A stretch of DNA of 64,000 nt, from positions 307,892,001 through 307,956,000 of the forward strand of contig OZ024740.1 in the NCBI GenBank assembly GCA_964016885.1. Reading direction: 5' to 3'. Numbering within the stretch: position 1 is the stretch's first letter; every line of letters begins with the position of its first letter. Positions 53,232 to 64,000 of this stretch are shown here, in pieces. The notes beneath the pieces are model-generated. The model saw nothing but the letters and a program-made list of their open reading frames with translations, had not been told where the DNA came from and made no database searches. Origin of the DNA: Eledone cirrhosa (taxonomy: Eukaryota). The translations under genes and the position numbers were made by a program.

Positions 53232-54642
53232 ACAAGGAGTAGATGAATGGCTTGTGAAAGGTGTACAAGCTATGTATAGGGAAGCAGTCAGCAAAGTTAG
53301 GATTAGCAATGAGTATAGCGAGGAATTTAGTATACAGGTCGGTGTCCACCAGGGCTCTGTTCTTAGCTTTCTCCTGTTCATCATAGTCCTGCAGGCAATA
53401 ACAGAGGAGTTTAAGACTGGATGCCCATGGGAACTCCTGTATGCAGATGACCTCGCATTTATAGCTGAATCTATGGTAGAACTAGAGAAGAAATTCCAAA
53501 CATGGAACTAGAAAGAAAGGGTCTCAAAGTCAACCTGACAAACACTAAGGTTCTTGTAAGTAGACGAGAAAACAGACGCCAGATCCCCTCAGGGAAATGG
53601 CCTTGCTCAGTATGTAGGAAAGGTGTAAGTAGGAACTCCATTCTCTGCCCCAAATGCAAACAATGGGTACACAAGAGATGTAGCAGGATCTCAGGAAGCT
53701 TAATTAAGAATGTAGGCTTCACATGTAGCAGCTGTGCTGGGACAGCAAGCAGCAAACAGCCACAGGAATCAAGTACCACCAATCTCTGGGAGGGCTCTGT
53801 AGAAACAGTAGACAGCTTCTGCTACCTAGGTGACCGAATTAGCAGCGGAGGTGGGTGTTCAGAAAGTACAATAACTAGGGTAAGAACGGGATGGAAGAAG
53901 TTCAAGGAACTACTACCACTGCTAGCTGCAAAAGGCTTCTCCCTCAAAATGAAAGGCAGACTGTATGATGCGTGTATCCGAACAGCAATGTTACATGGTA
54001 GTGAGACCTGGGCGCTGAAGGTGGAAGACTTACGTAGATTAGAAAGAAACGAAGCCTGCATGCTCCAATGGATGTGTACTGTGTGCAGGAGAGGCGGTTG
54101 CGTTGGTATGGACATGTGATGCGTATGAAGGATGACAGCTGCATAAAAAGGTGCAGAGCACTAAAAGTCGATGGAAACCGTGGAGTGGGGAGACCCAAGA
54201 TGACCTGGGATGAGGTGATAAAAGCCGACCTTACCCAATTACACCTCTCAAATGTGATGACACATGACCATGACCTCTGGCGTCACGCAGTAATACAGAG
54301 TACCCGACCTCCCATGGGTACAAGCCGAAGCTGAAGCATATAGACAATATGCCCCCACACTCTCCCACTGCAAAGTGGTCGTGGAGGTGCCACAGCAAAA
54401 AAGCACCCAGCCCCACTGTAAAGTGGACGTGTAGGCACCACGGAAAAAAAGCACCCAGCACTCACTGTAAATGAGGTTGGTGTTAAGAAGGGCATCCAGC
54501 TGTTGAAAGCAAGCCAAAATCAGTTCCTGTATGAGCAAGATCAGGTCAGCCGACTCGACACTGCCCACAACAGGACAACCCGTCTAACCCATGCTAACGT
54601 GGAAGAATGGACGTAAAACGGTGATGATGATGATGATGATGA
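53232..54642 (+). mobile_element. 5'-truncated RTE LINE: RT C-half, Cys-rich PHD-like finger, 3' UTR and (GAT)n tail
   Basis: VGVHQGSVLS..LLYADDL; frameshift near 53500; CSVCRKGV..LCPKCKQWVHKRC..FTCSSC; FCYLG; MLHGSETW; RRLRWYGHV; GRPKMTW. Confidence 0.92.
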
Positions 54643-54828
54643 ACCACAGAAACAGTCTGGCTGTTTTCTCACATATTGTGATGCCAGCTGTTACTTGAAA
54701 GGAAGAAATGTCACAAAGATCAAAGCTTTAGTAACACCAACATTTCCAATAAGCTAAGATATGAACCAGAGAGGGGGGGGGGGGAGTGAGAAACACACAC
54801 ATATATATATATATATAGAGAGAGAGAA

Positions 54829-54881
<53 letters not shown>

Positions 54882-55232
54882 AAGATGCTTTTATAAAGTT
54901 GGCAGAGATAGTATGTGATTAATGAATGTTTTCTTGGCTAGCATGCAGGGCTGTTTATTAAAGCTCACATTGGAAAAAAGAAAAAAAGAGGTATTGCAAC
55001 AGAAGCACAAAGTGAATGAAACTTCCAAGCTGTAGAAAACTCAGGTGTAATGAAGAAGGGACAACTATTATTACTATTTTCTATGAATCCGTATCAACTA
55101 ATTTGGATGCTGTTGCTGTTTCAGAATGCTATGTATGATATATAGAAAGTAATGGTGATGGTTGCTTAGAACACCTAAACCACATTCTAACGCACCTAAA
55201 ACTGATAAGCAACAATAGTAAACAATAACTTT

Positions 55233-55418
55233 ATTGTTTCTACTTTAGGCACAAGGCCAGTAATTACCCAGTGCATTACTGGTACTTTATTTTATCGACC
55301 CCGTAAGGATGAAAGGCAAAGTCAACCTAGGCGGGATTTGAACTCAGATCGTAAAGGGATGTAACTATGCTGGAAAGCATGGCGTCCGACCCTCTACAGA
55401 TACTGCCAATCCACTGCC
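55233..55418 (-). mobile_element. SINE family A, full-length tRNA-derived copy (an extra 3' fragment follows at 55425-55468)
   Basis: Minus strand: GGCAGTGGATTGGCAGTATCTG (A-box-like)..GAGTTCAAATCCC (B box)..gttgactttgcctttcatcc..gtcgataaaataaagtaccag..aaagtagaaacaat. Confidence 0.85.
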
Positions 55419-55993
55419 CAATATAATTGTTTCTACGTTTGGCACAAGGCCAGCAATTACCCAGAGCATTAAACAATAACAACACCAGAAGTCACAACCA
55501 GAACAACACATTTTTGTTACTATCCGTGGAACACCCCCTCTCCCTCAAAGCTGAGGGGATTAAAATCAGCAAAGCCACACACATACATGACTGCACTGGA
55601 ATTAAGTAGCTAAGTATATATAAGGTGCATATGGATAGATAATTTCTGCAAGTGCTGATAGAAGTTGTCCTTTTGACAACTGTATTTCCTTTGAATTGTG
55701 ACTAGATTGAAGTGGAAGGGGGAGTGAAGAAAGCTTGCAAGGGTGGATGGGTGGGTGTTTGCGAGGAAACCTCTTTATCTGACCATTTACCCATTCCTTT
55801 TCTCTTTTTTTACTTTTGTTGTTGGGAATATATTTTTGGAATATCTGTTAGCGTATGTGTATCTGTGTATGTGTGTGCAATGTGTGTGATGTGTATGTCT
55901 GTATGTGCATGTAGGTTCATATATGTTGGGGCAATCTGTGTACATGAATACATACATACACGCACACAAATTGCAATTTGTGTATATGAATAT

Positions 55994-56107
55994 GGAGGCA
56001 CATGGCTTAGTGGTTAGAGCATTGGGCTTGCAATCGAAAGGTAGTGAGTTCAATTCTCAGACCGGGTGATGTGTTGTTTCCTTGAGCAAGACACTTTATT
56101 GCACATT
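55994..56107 (+). mobile_element. SINE family B, 5' head
   Basis: A box TGGCTTAGTGG and B box GAGTTCAATTC; matches 62476-62590. Confidence 0.85.
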
Positions 56108-56296
56108 GATCTAAAGAGCAAACATCACGAGCGCTCTATCTCAAAATTATTTTTGAAAAGCATTAGAAATGCGCAACTGGTAAAAACTTAAAACTAAAAC
56201 TGAATACTAACCAATACTTATTACTAATTTATACTTATTCCTAATTAAACTATTTTTCACTGGGAAAAATTTGTCAGCCTTTTCTTTTCCTTTTTA

Positions 56297-56350
<54 letters not shown>

Positions 56351-56452
56351 CATTGAATATTTACTCCAGGAACTTGTTGAGTGCTCTAAATCAGTTATAA
56401 ACATTTATATTTATATTTGTCGGATTTCCAACAAATTAAATACCCACTTCTA

Positions 56453-56741
<289 letters not shown>

Positions 56742-57179
56742 AAGACAAATTTAGACATTTATGAATATTTGATTGTGATATCTATGCACATACATACACA
56801 CATACTCCTGTGCTACAGGTATATATAAGATGACGAAGATGATAACATTTATATATGTATATGTTTATATATATGTATTATATATATATATAGATATATG
56901 TATGAAATAGAATGAAACGAAATTTCATTTCTCATTCTTAGTACGGCACTTACTTAAATGTAAGTAAGTATGTATACGTACATACATATATGTATACAGA
57001 CGTACAGTAGTATATATATATATACATACATGCACACATATATATATATGCACGTTTCGGTTTACCGAACATTTATTATAATGCTCGGTTTGTTTGTTTG
57101 TAAACAAACAAACAGCCCGAATTACGCTGTACAGTGTTTAGGCAACCATGTCACCTTTTTGTTCAACACTGACACAGGA

Positions 57180-57222
57180 ACGATGTACTAGTTTCAAGCT
57201 TATTAGCTATCGTCAGCATCGT
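57180..57222 (-). ncRNA. Minimal type I hammerhead ribozyme (Penelope-type)
   Basis: Minus strand ACGAUG-CUGACGA-UAGC-UAAUAA-GCUU-GAAA-CUAG-UA-CAUCGU: 6-bp stem I, intact core, palindromic ACUAGU stem III, GUA cleavage site. Confidence 0.8.
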
Positions 57223-57584
57223 ATACCTTCCTGCCAGATGGTTGAACGTCTGATATATGTATGACTGTGTGTAAATGTATACATGTGATATGTCTTCCAT
57301 ATATCATTAAGTGTGAGTGCATGTGTATGTATACAATTATGCAATAGGTGTCCATGTGATGCACACCAGGAAACATTTGTTTACAGAAGTGTCAGTGAAT
57401 ATATGTGTCTGTCTATGTATCTTCTTTTATTTTTGAATTGAACCTATCATAAAAGTGCTAGTTTCTAAAAAAAAAAAAAAACACCCAAAAATCTCAATCA
57501 GTGAAACTAGACATCCACAGCTATATGAAGTAGTTCCCTTTTTTCTTTTTCCTTAAAACTCAATTGTTCAAGCAACTTAATGGT

Positions 57585-57725
57585 TTCTGATTCAAGCATA
57601 AGGCCAACAATTTTTGGGGAGGGGAAAGTTGATTAAGTTGACCCCAGTGAGTTACTGGTATTTTATCGACCCCGTAAGGATGAAAAGCAAAGCTAACCTC
57701 AGTGGGATTTGAACTCAGAACATAA
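57585..57725 (-). mobile_element. SINE family A variant
   Basis: ttatcgaccccgtaaggatgaaaagcaaagctaacctcagtgggatttgaactcag matches family A. Confidence 0.75.
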
Positions 57726-58836
57726 AGAGCCATTACTCTATGTTGCAAAGAATGGGTATGCATGTAAACTACCTAGCCGTAGGAACACGTGCAACCCTGT
57801 AGTTAGTACTAACTGTAATTGTAGGAATCGGGCTGATTGTCCCCTATCCGGGAAATGCCTCTCTAGTAACATTGTCCACAAATGTAAGGTTGTAACACCC
57901 ACGTCCCATAGGGCCTACATAGGGTTAACCGCCAATAGTTTCAAGCAGCGTCTTTACATGCATACCCATTCTTTTCGTTACCCTCTAAGAAGGAATATGA
58001 CGTCACTTTCAGCTTATATCTGGAGTCTAAAAGACAACCACACCCAATATAAGTTACACTGTGAGATCCTAGCTAGGGCTAGATCGTATAACGGAAATAA
58101 AAGACCCATGTGAACTCTGCGCCGCTGCGGCCCTGGAAATACTCTATGCCACAGACCACATCTTAAACAAAAAATCTGAGGCAATTTCGGCTTGTAAACA
58201 TAAATTGCACAAAACTTTCCTGTATTACAGCCCCACGTTATACCCTAACGGATAGCACGATCTATACGTGGATAATTTACGTCTTGATGTGGGAGCTAAG
58301 TATATGTTTTGTTTATTCCTTTACTTATTTGCATAGGTAAGTATATATTACCCGTATGTTTTGTGAAGGTACGTATACCTTCTCGTACGTATATTTGATT
58401 GTTATGGCGTATAATTTTATATTCCTGGTACATAGGGTTTGGCTATGTGTATACGGGAGTTTTACGTCTGTGTGAGTATGCAGGTTCGTACGTATGGTGG
58501 GTGTGTGTATATGTGTACTTCTTGTTTTAGTTGACTTACGTCTCCGAACATTTGTGTATTTATATGTAGGTATGTGTGTGCGCTTGTTATATACGTATTT
58601 ATTTATTCTTATACGTTTATATAATTATTTATTTATTTGTATACACGCATACACACACACACATATTTATATGTGCGTGGTTTTGTTTACCTATGGTAAG
58701 GTTTTGCGTATGCTTGTGTATGTACGTATTTGTTTGCGTGTATGTATTTATTTATTTCTATTACTTCTGTATTGTATTTATTTACTTTGTTCTTAACTCT
58801 GTAGCGGAGTTTCATTTGGTCTCCTAGTTAGAATTT

Positions 58837-59103
58837 TAGTCTACGACTTCTGCCATACCATTTACGTGGTTTTGTCTTGGCGTGCTATTGTTCTCCATGC
58901 TCCACATATGACGTATTATCTTCGTTTTTTCGTTCATTGCCAGAGAACGTCTCTATGCACCACCTAAGAGAACATTAGTCTACGACCTCTATTATACCAT
59001 AAACGTGGTTCTGTCTTTGCGCGTAATTGTTTTTCACCGCTCCTATTAATGACGTATTATTCGTTTTTCCCCGTTCTTTGCCAGCGAACGTTTCCACGAA
59101 CCA
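58837..59103. repeat. Diverged 139-bp tandem duplication in the Penelope 3' region
   Basis: TAGTCTACGAC..ACGTGGTT..ATGACGTATTAT..TTGCCAG.GAACGT at 58837 and 58976. Confidence 0.85.
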
Positions 59104-59181
59104 AAGTATCGTCTTCCTGTTTTCCTCCGGTTGCAACGTTTTTTGAAATATCCAGTTCTGCGTTTACAGATTGACTTTGTT

Positions 59182-59232
59182 AGTTTCAGAAGATCCCATT
59201 AAGGGTGAAAGCAGCGATTCTTTGCTTAAACT
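59182..59232 (+). ncRNA. Variant hammerhead ribozyme in the Penelope pLTR
   Basis: AGUUU-CAGAAGA-UCCC-AUUAA-GGGU-GAAA-GCAG..UUGC-UU-AAACU: three stems form, but the core has U4A. Confidence 0.5.
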
Positions 59233-59339
59233 TTAATCTGTTATTTTAATAAATATTTGCTCTACGGTTCTTATATATTTGATATATATTTATCCTTATC
59301 GAGCCCTCTTTGGATTTTAGTCTTCAAATTTATTATTAT

Positions 59340-59379
<40 letters not shown>

Positions 59380-59381
59380 AC

Positions 59382-59880
<499 letters not shown>

Positions 59881-59950
59881 TCATTTGTTTCGGCCTGGAT
59901 GTTGTGGGACCAACATAACTTTACATTGAAGGGGCGGTGTGGATGGGGTG

Positions 59951-60256
59951 GAGCATTGGCCTTGCAATCAAAAGGTTGTGAGTTCAATTCCCAGACCGGG
60001 TGATGTGTTGTTTCCTTGAGCAAGACACTTTATTTCACATTGCTCCAGTTTACTCAGCTGTAATAATGAGATGATAGGGACTGGGGTCCCTATCATTCCA
60101 CTGCAAAGTGGTCGTGGAGGTGCCACGGCAAAAAAGCACCCAGCACTCACTGTAAATGAGGTTGGTGTTAGGAAGGGCATCCAGCTGTAGAAATCAAGCC
60201 AGAACCAGTTCCCGTCCCAAGCAGGGAAAAGCGGACGTAAAATGAAATGATGATGA
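59951..60256 (+). mobile_element. SINE family B, near full length
   Basis: Collinear with 62476-62804. Confidence 0.85.
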
Positions 60257-60363
60257 AACAGCTTGAGCTCAGCCGTCGGGGTCCTACTCCTTCCTATATA
60301 TATATATGTATATATATATATGTATATATATATATGTATATATATATATGTATATATACATAA

Positions 60364-60830
60364 CATCATCATCATCATCATCACCATTTTACGTCGGTTC
60401 TTCCACGCTAGCATGGGTTAGACAGGTTGTCCTGTTGTGGGCAGTGTCTGGTCGGCTGACCATGCCTTGCTCATACAGGAACTGATTTGGCTTGATTTCT
60501 ACAACTGGATGCCCTTCCTAACACCAACCTCATTTACAGTGAGTGCTGGGTGCTTTTTCGTGGCGCCTATACGTCCACTTTACAGTGGGGGGGGGGGGGG
60601 GGCATATTGTCTATATGCTTCAGCTTGTACCCATGGGAGGTCGGGTACTCTGTATTACTGCGTGACGCCAGTGGTCACGGTCGTGTGTCATCATCGCCTT
60701 TGAGAGGTGTAATTGGGTAAGGTCAGCTTTTATCACTTTATCAGGTCATCTTGGATCTCCCCACTCCGCGGTTTCCATCGACTTCTAGGTCCATACCAAT
60801 GCAACCGCCTCTCCTGCACACAGCATTTGA
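60364..60830 (-). mobile_element. RTE 3' end (inverted relative to 61870-62402)
   Basis: Reverse complement of 54080-54642 with internal deletions. Confidence 0.88.
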
Positions 60831-60855
60831 CATATATACATATATATATATATAC

Positions 60856-60908
<53 letters not shown>

Positions 60909-61003
60909 CCGTCCAAACCCATGCAAGCGTGGAACACGGACGTTAAACGTTGATGATGATGATGATGATGATATACACATATACATATATATATATATAT
61001 AGG

Positions 61004-61091
<88 letters not shown>

Positions 61092-61260
61092 CATATATAT
61101 ATATTTATTAAAATAACAGATTAAAGTTTAAGCAAAGAATCGCTGCTTTCACCCTTATATATATATATATATACATACTACTGTACGTCTGTATACATAT
61201 ATGTATGTACGTATACATACAGACATACATACTTACATATATATATATATATATATATAT

Positions 61261-61480
61261 GAGTGCTAGGTGCTTTTTTGCCATGGCACCTCCACGACCA
61301 CTTTGCAGTGGAATGATAGGGACCCCAGTCACTATCATCTCATTTCTACAGCTGAGTAAACTGGAGCAATGTGAAATAAAGTGTCTTGCTCAAGGAAACA
61401 ACACATCACCCGGTCTGAGAATTGAACTCACAACCTTTCGATTGCAAGACCAATGCTCTAACCACTAAGCCACGTGCCTC
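61261..61480 (-). mobile_element. SINE family B, 5' two-thirds
   Basis: Reverse complement of 59951-60150 and 62476-62683. Confidence 0.85.
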
Positions 61481-61524
<44 letters not shown>

Positions 61525-61661
61525 ACGAAGGAAATGTGGTAAAGAACCAGATGGACCATAACGCATGAAAGTACTCAATACTTAGGGTAGTAGAGTGGGT
61601 AATAGGAACGAGTAGCACCCTGACGGCTGAGTTCAAGCCGTTTCGACGGCTAATTCTGGAC

Positions 61662-61705
<44 letters not shown>

Positions 61706-61803
61706 ATATATATAACCTTTCGATTGCAAGCCCAATGCTCTAACCACTAAGCCATGTGCCTCCATATATATATATATATCATCATCATCATCATCATCAT
61801 TTC

Positions 61804-61869
<66 letters not shown>

Positions 61870-62402
61870 GCTGGTATGGACATCTGATGCGTATGAAGGA
61901 TGACAGCTGCATAAAAAGGTGCACAGCACTAGAATTTGATGGAAACCGCGGAGTGGGGAGACCCAAGATGACCTGGGATGAGGTGATAAAAGCCGACCTT
62001 ACCCAATTACACCTCTCAAAGGCAATGACACACGACCGTGACTTCTGGCGTCACGCAGTAATACAGAGTACCCGACCTCCCATGGGTACAAGCTGAAGCA
62101 TATAGACAATATGCCCCCACCCCCCCCACCGCAAGGTGGTCGTGGAGGTGCCACGGCAAAAAAGTACCCAGCCCACACTGTAAAGTGGACGTGTAGGCGC
62201 CACGAAAAAGCACCCAGCACTCACTGTAAATGAGGTTGGTGTTAGGAAGGGCATCCAGCTGTAGAAATCAAGCCAGATCAGTTCCTGTATGAGCAAGGCA
62301 TGGTCAGCCGACCAGACACTGCCCACATCAGGACAACCCGTCTAACCCATGCTAGCGTGGAAGAACGGATGTAAAACGGTGATGATGATGATGATGATGA
62401 TG
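61870..62402 (+). mobile_element. RTE 3' end with (GAT)n tail
   Basis: MRMKDDSCIKRC..GRPKMTWDEVIKADL plus a 3' UTR near-identical to 54100-54642. Confidence 0.9.
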
Positions 62403-62475
62403 AAATGATGATGATGATATATATATATATATAAAATGAAATGATGATGTTGATGATGATGATATATATATATAT

Positions 62476-62804
62476 GGAGGCACATGGCTTAGTGGTTAGA
62501 ACATTGGGCTTGCAATCGAAAGGTTGTGAGTTCAATTCTCAGTCCGGGTGATGTGTTGTTTCCTTGAGCAAGACACTTTATTTCCCATTGCTCCAGTTTA
62601 CTCAGCTTTAGAAATGAGATGACCCTATCATTCCACTGCAAACTGGTCGTGGAGGTGCCACGGCAAAAAAGCACCCAGCACTCATTGTAAATGAGGCTGG
62701 TGTTAGGAAGGGCATCCAGCTGTAGAAATCAAGCCAGAATCAGTTCCTGTCCCACCCTTGCAAGCAGGGAAAAGCAGACGTAAAATGATGATGATGATGA
62801 TGAT
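62476..62804 (+). mobile_element. SINE family B, full length (tRNA head, central domain, RTE-derived 3' end)
   Basis: A box TGGCTTAGTGG and B box GAGTTCAATTC; the 3' half from ccactgcaaa onward matches the RTE 3' UTR; (GAT)n tail. Confidence 0.9.
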
Positions 62805-62815
62805 ATATATAATAA

Positions 62816-62999
62816 GGAAATGTAGGAATCCCAAATGCAGAAAATATCTGTAACAACAGTTGATCACTCTAAATGATAGCTCAGAAATTCAGGTAAAATA
62901 CCCCTATAAATTGAAATTTTACCAGATTTTCTGAGCTATTATTTATTGTGATCGACTGTTGTTACAGTTATTTTCTGTGTTTGGGATTCCCACATTTTC
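62816..62999. repeat. Long fold-back (two arms of about 84 bp, spacer about 16 nt)
   Basis: 62816-62899 is the imperfect reverse complement of 62916-62999 (about 10 mismatches by eye). Confidence 0.9.
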
Positions 63000-63178
63000 A
63001 AATTTAAAATTATCCAGTAATTTGATAATTCATGAGATTGGTTAATATTGTATATGAATCCATTTGTGACTTGGCTTACAAGGGAATTTTTGTTGTAAAT
63101 ATAAAATATCTTATTAACTTGAATTGATCACACTACATACAAACACACATACACATACACACATACTCACACACACAA

Positions 63179-63210
<32 letters not shown>

Positions 63211-64000
63211 TCTCTCACTCATACACACACTGACACATACCTCTGAAAGTTGATTGCTCAGTTATTCCAAATGAAGGAGTTCAACATTGCATGTCTCTGC
63301 CCCAGTGGTTGATATGTTAGGCAGGGAGCATGCAGCCTTAACAGTCCAAGGTTTTTAGGGTAAAGGAACCAGATTACACTGACCTCCACCTGACCCGCCC
63401 CTGGCCTAGATCTTACAACCTAGTTTCCTTTTGCAGCTCCTTAGAACCAGCAAAGGAGGAACACAGGAGGAAGGTGAAAGTAAGATGGATGGCAGCCCAA
63501 TGCTGGCAGCCTGCTGCCTGCCTGCTCATGGCATCCAAATGCTAGGAAGGCACACACTGAAGGAATTCTGCCTGCTGGGTGTTGTTCTGTATGTGTATAT
63601 GCTTGTATATGTAGATATATATGTGTGTATGTGTATTTTTTGGTGGTAGAAGTCATCACCATCGATGCAAGATACCATATGTATGTTGGTTGGTAGGTAT
63701 GTGAGTGATGTGTAAGAGAATGTAGCTTTCCAATATGTGTGTGTGTGTGATAGGGATGAAATAAGTGAGATTTAACCCCCCTTTCCTCTAAAACAGAATA
63801 GGGAGAATGGGTGGGTAGCTGAGAAAGAGCAAAAGTTGAGAGAGAATGTATGTAAAAAAAAAGAGAGGGAGAGAGATTGGGTGATATGAAAATAAAAGTG
63901 TTTGTGTGCGTTTGATAGGTGTGTATGTAATGGAAAGGGGGTAGAGAGAAGACAGAGGGTGGGGAGATAAAAAAATACTAAGCAGTTGAAGTCAAAAGAA

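Larger units (their letters stand above)
57748..59340 (+). mobile_element. Penelope-like element (Neptune-type) 3' part: GIY-YIG endonuclease plus pLTR/3' region
   Basis: CNCRNRADCPLSGKCLSSNIVHKCKV..AYIGLTANSFKQRLYMHTHSF..TSLSAYIWSLK; frameshift near 58100, then CELC..ILNKKSEAISACKH, stop at 58253-58255; hammerhead-like motif at 59182. Confidence 0.88.

Noticed and set aside
57088-57113. Perfect (GTTT)3-GT-(AAAC)3 palindrome
   Set aside because: A simple-repeat inversion, too short and low-complexity to support a function.

Overview
Gene-poor, repeat-rich animal genomic DNA, most consistent with an octopus or other coleoid cephalopod. That assignment is an inference from the (TA)n/(CA)n/(CAT)n microsatellite load and the tRNA-derived SINE and RTE families. 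No intact host gene could be supported. About 29 kb (7203-36318) is one 46-bp tandem array of roughly 630 units with nested higher-order repeats. On the minus strand the array begins just after the ORF2 C-terminus of a decayed CR1/L2/Jockey-type LINE and ends in an A-rich tail, suggesting it grew from that LINE's 3' end. The flanks are a mosaic of retroelement relics (R4/Dong-like RLE LINEs, several RTE lineages, a Penelope GIY-YIG element), two SINE families, piggyBac-type and hAT-type MITEs and a deleted Helitron. The right third holds four hammerhead-ribozyme motifs (two with intact cores), mostly in short segments bounded by (TA)n, plus long fold-back elements and exact inverted copies of nearby sequence joined by (TA)n. 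All calls come from manual reading and translation; no searches were run.
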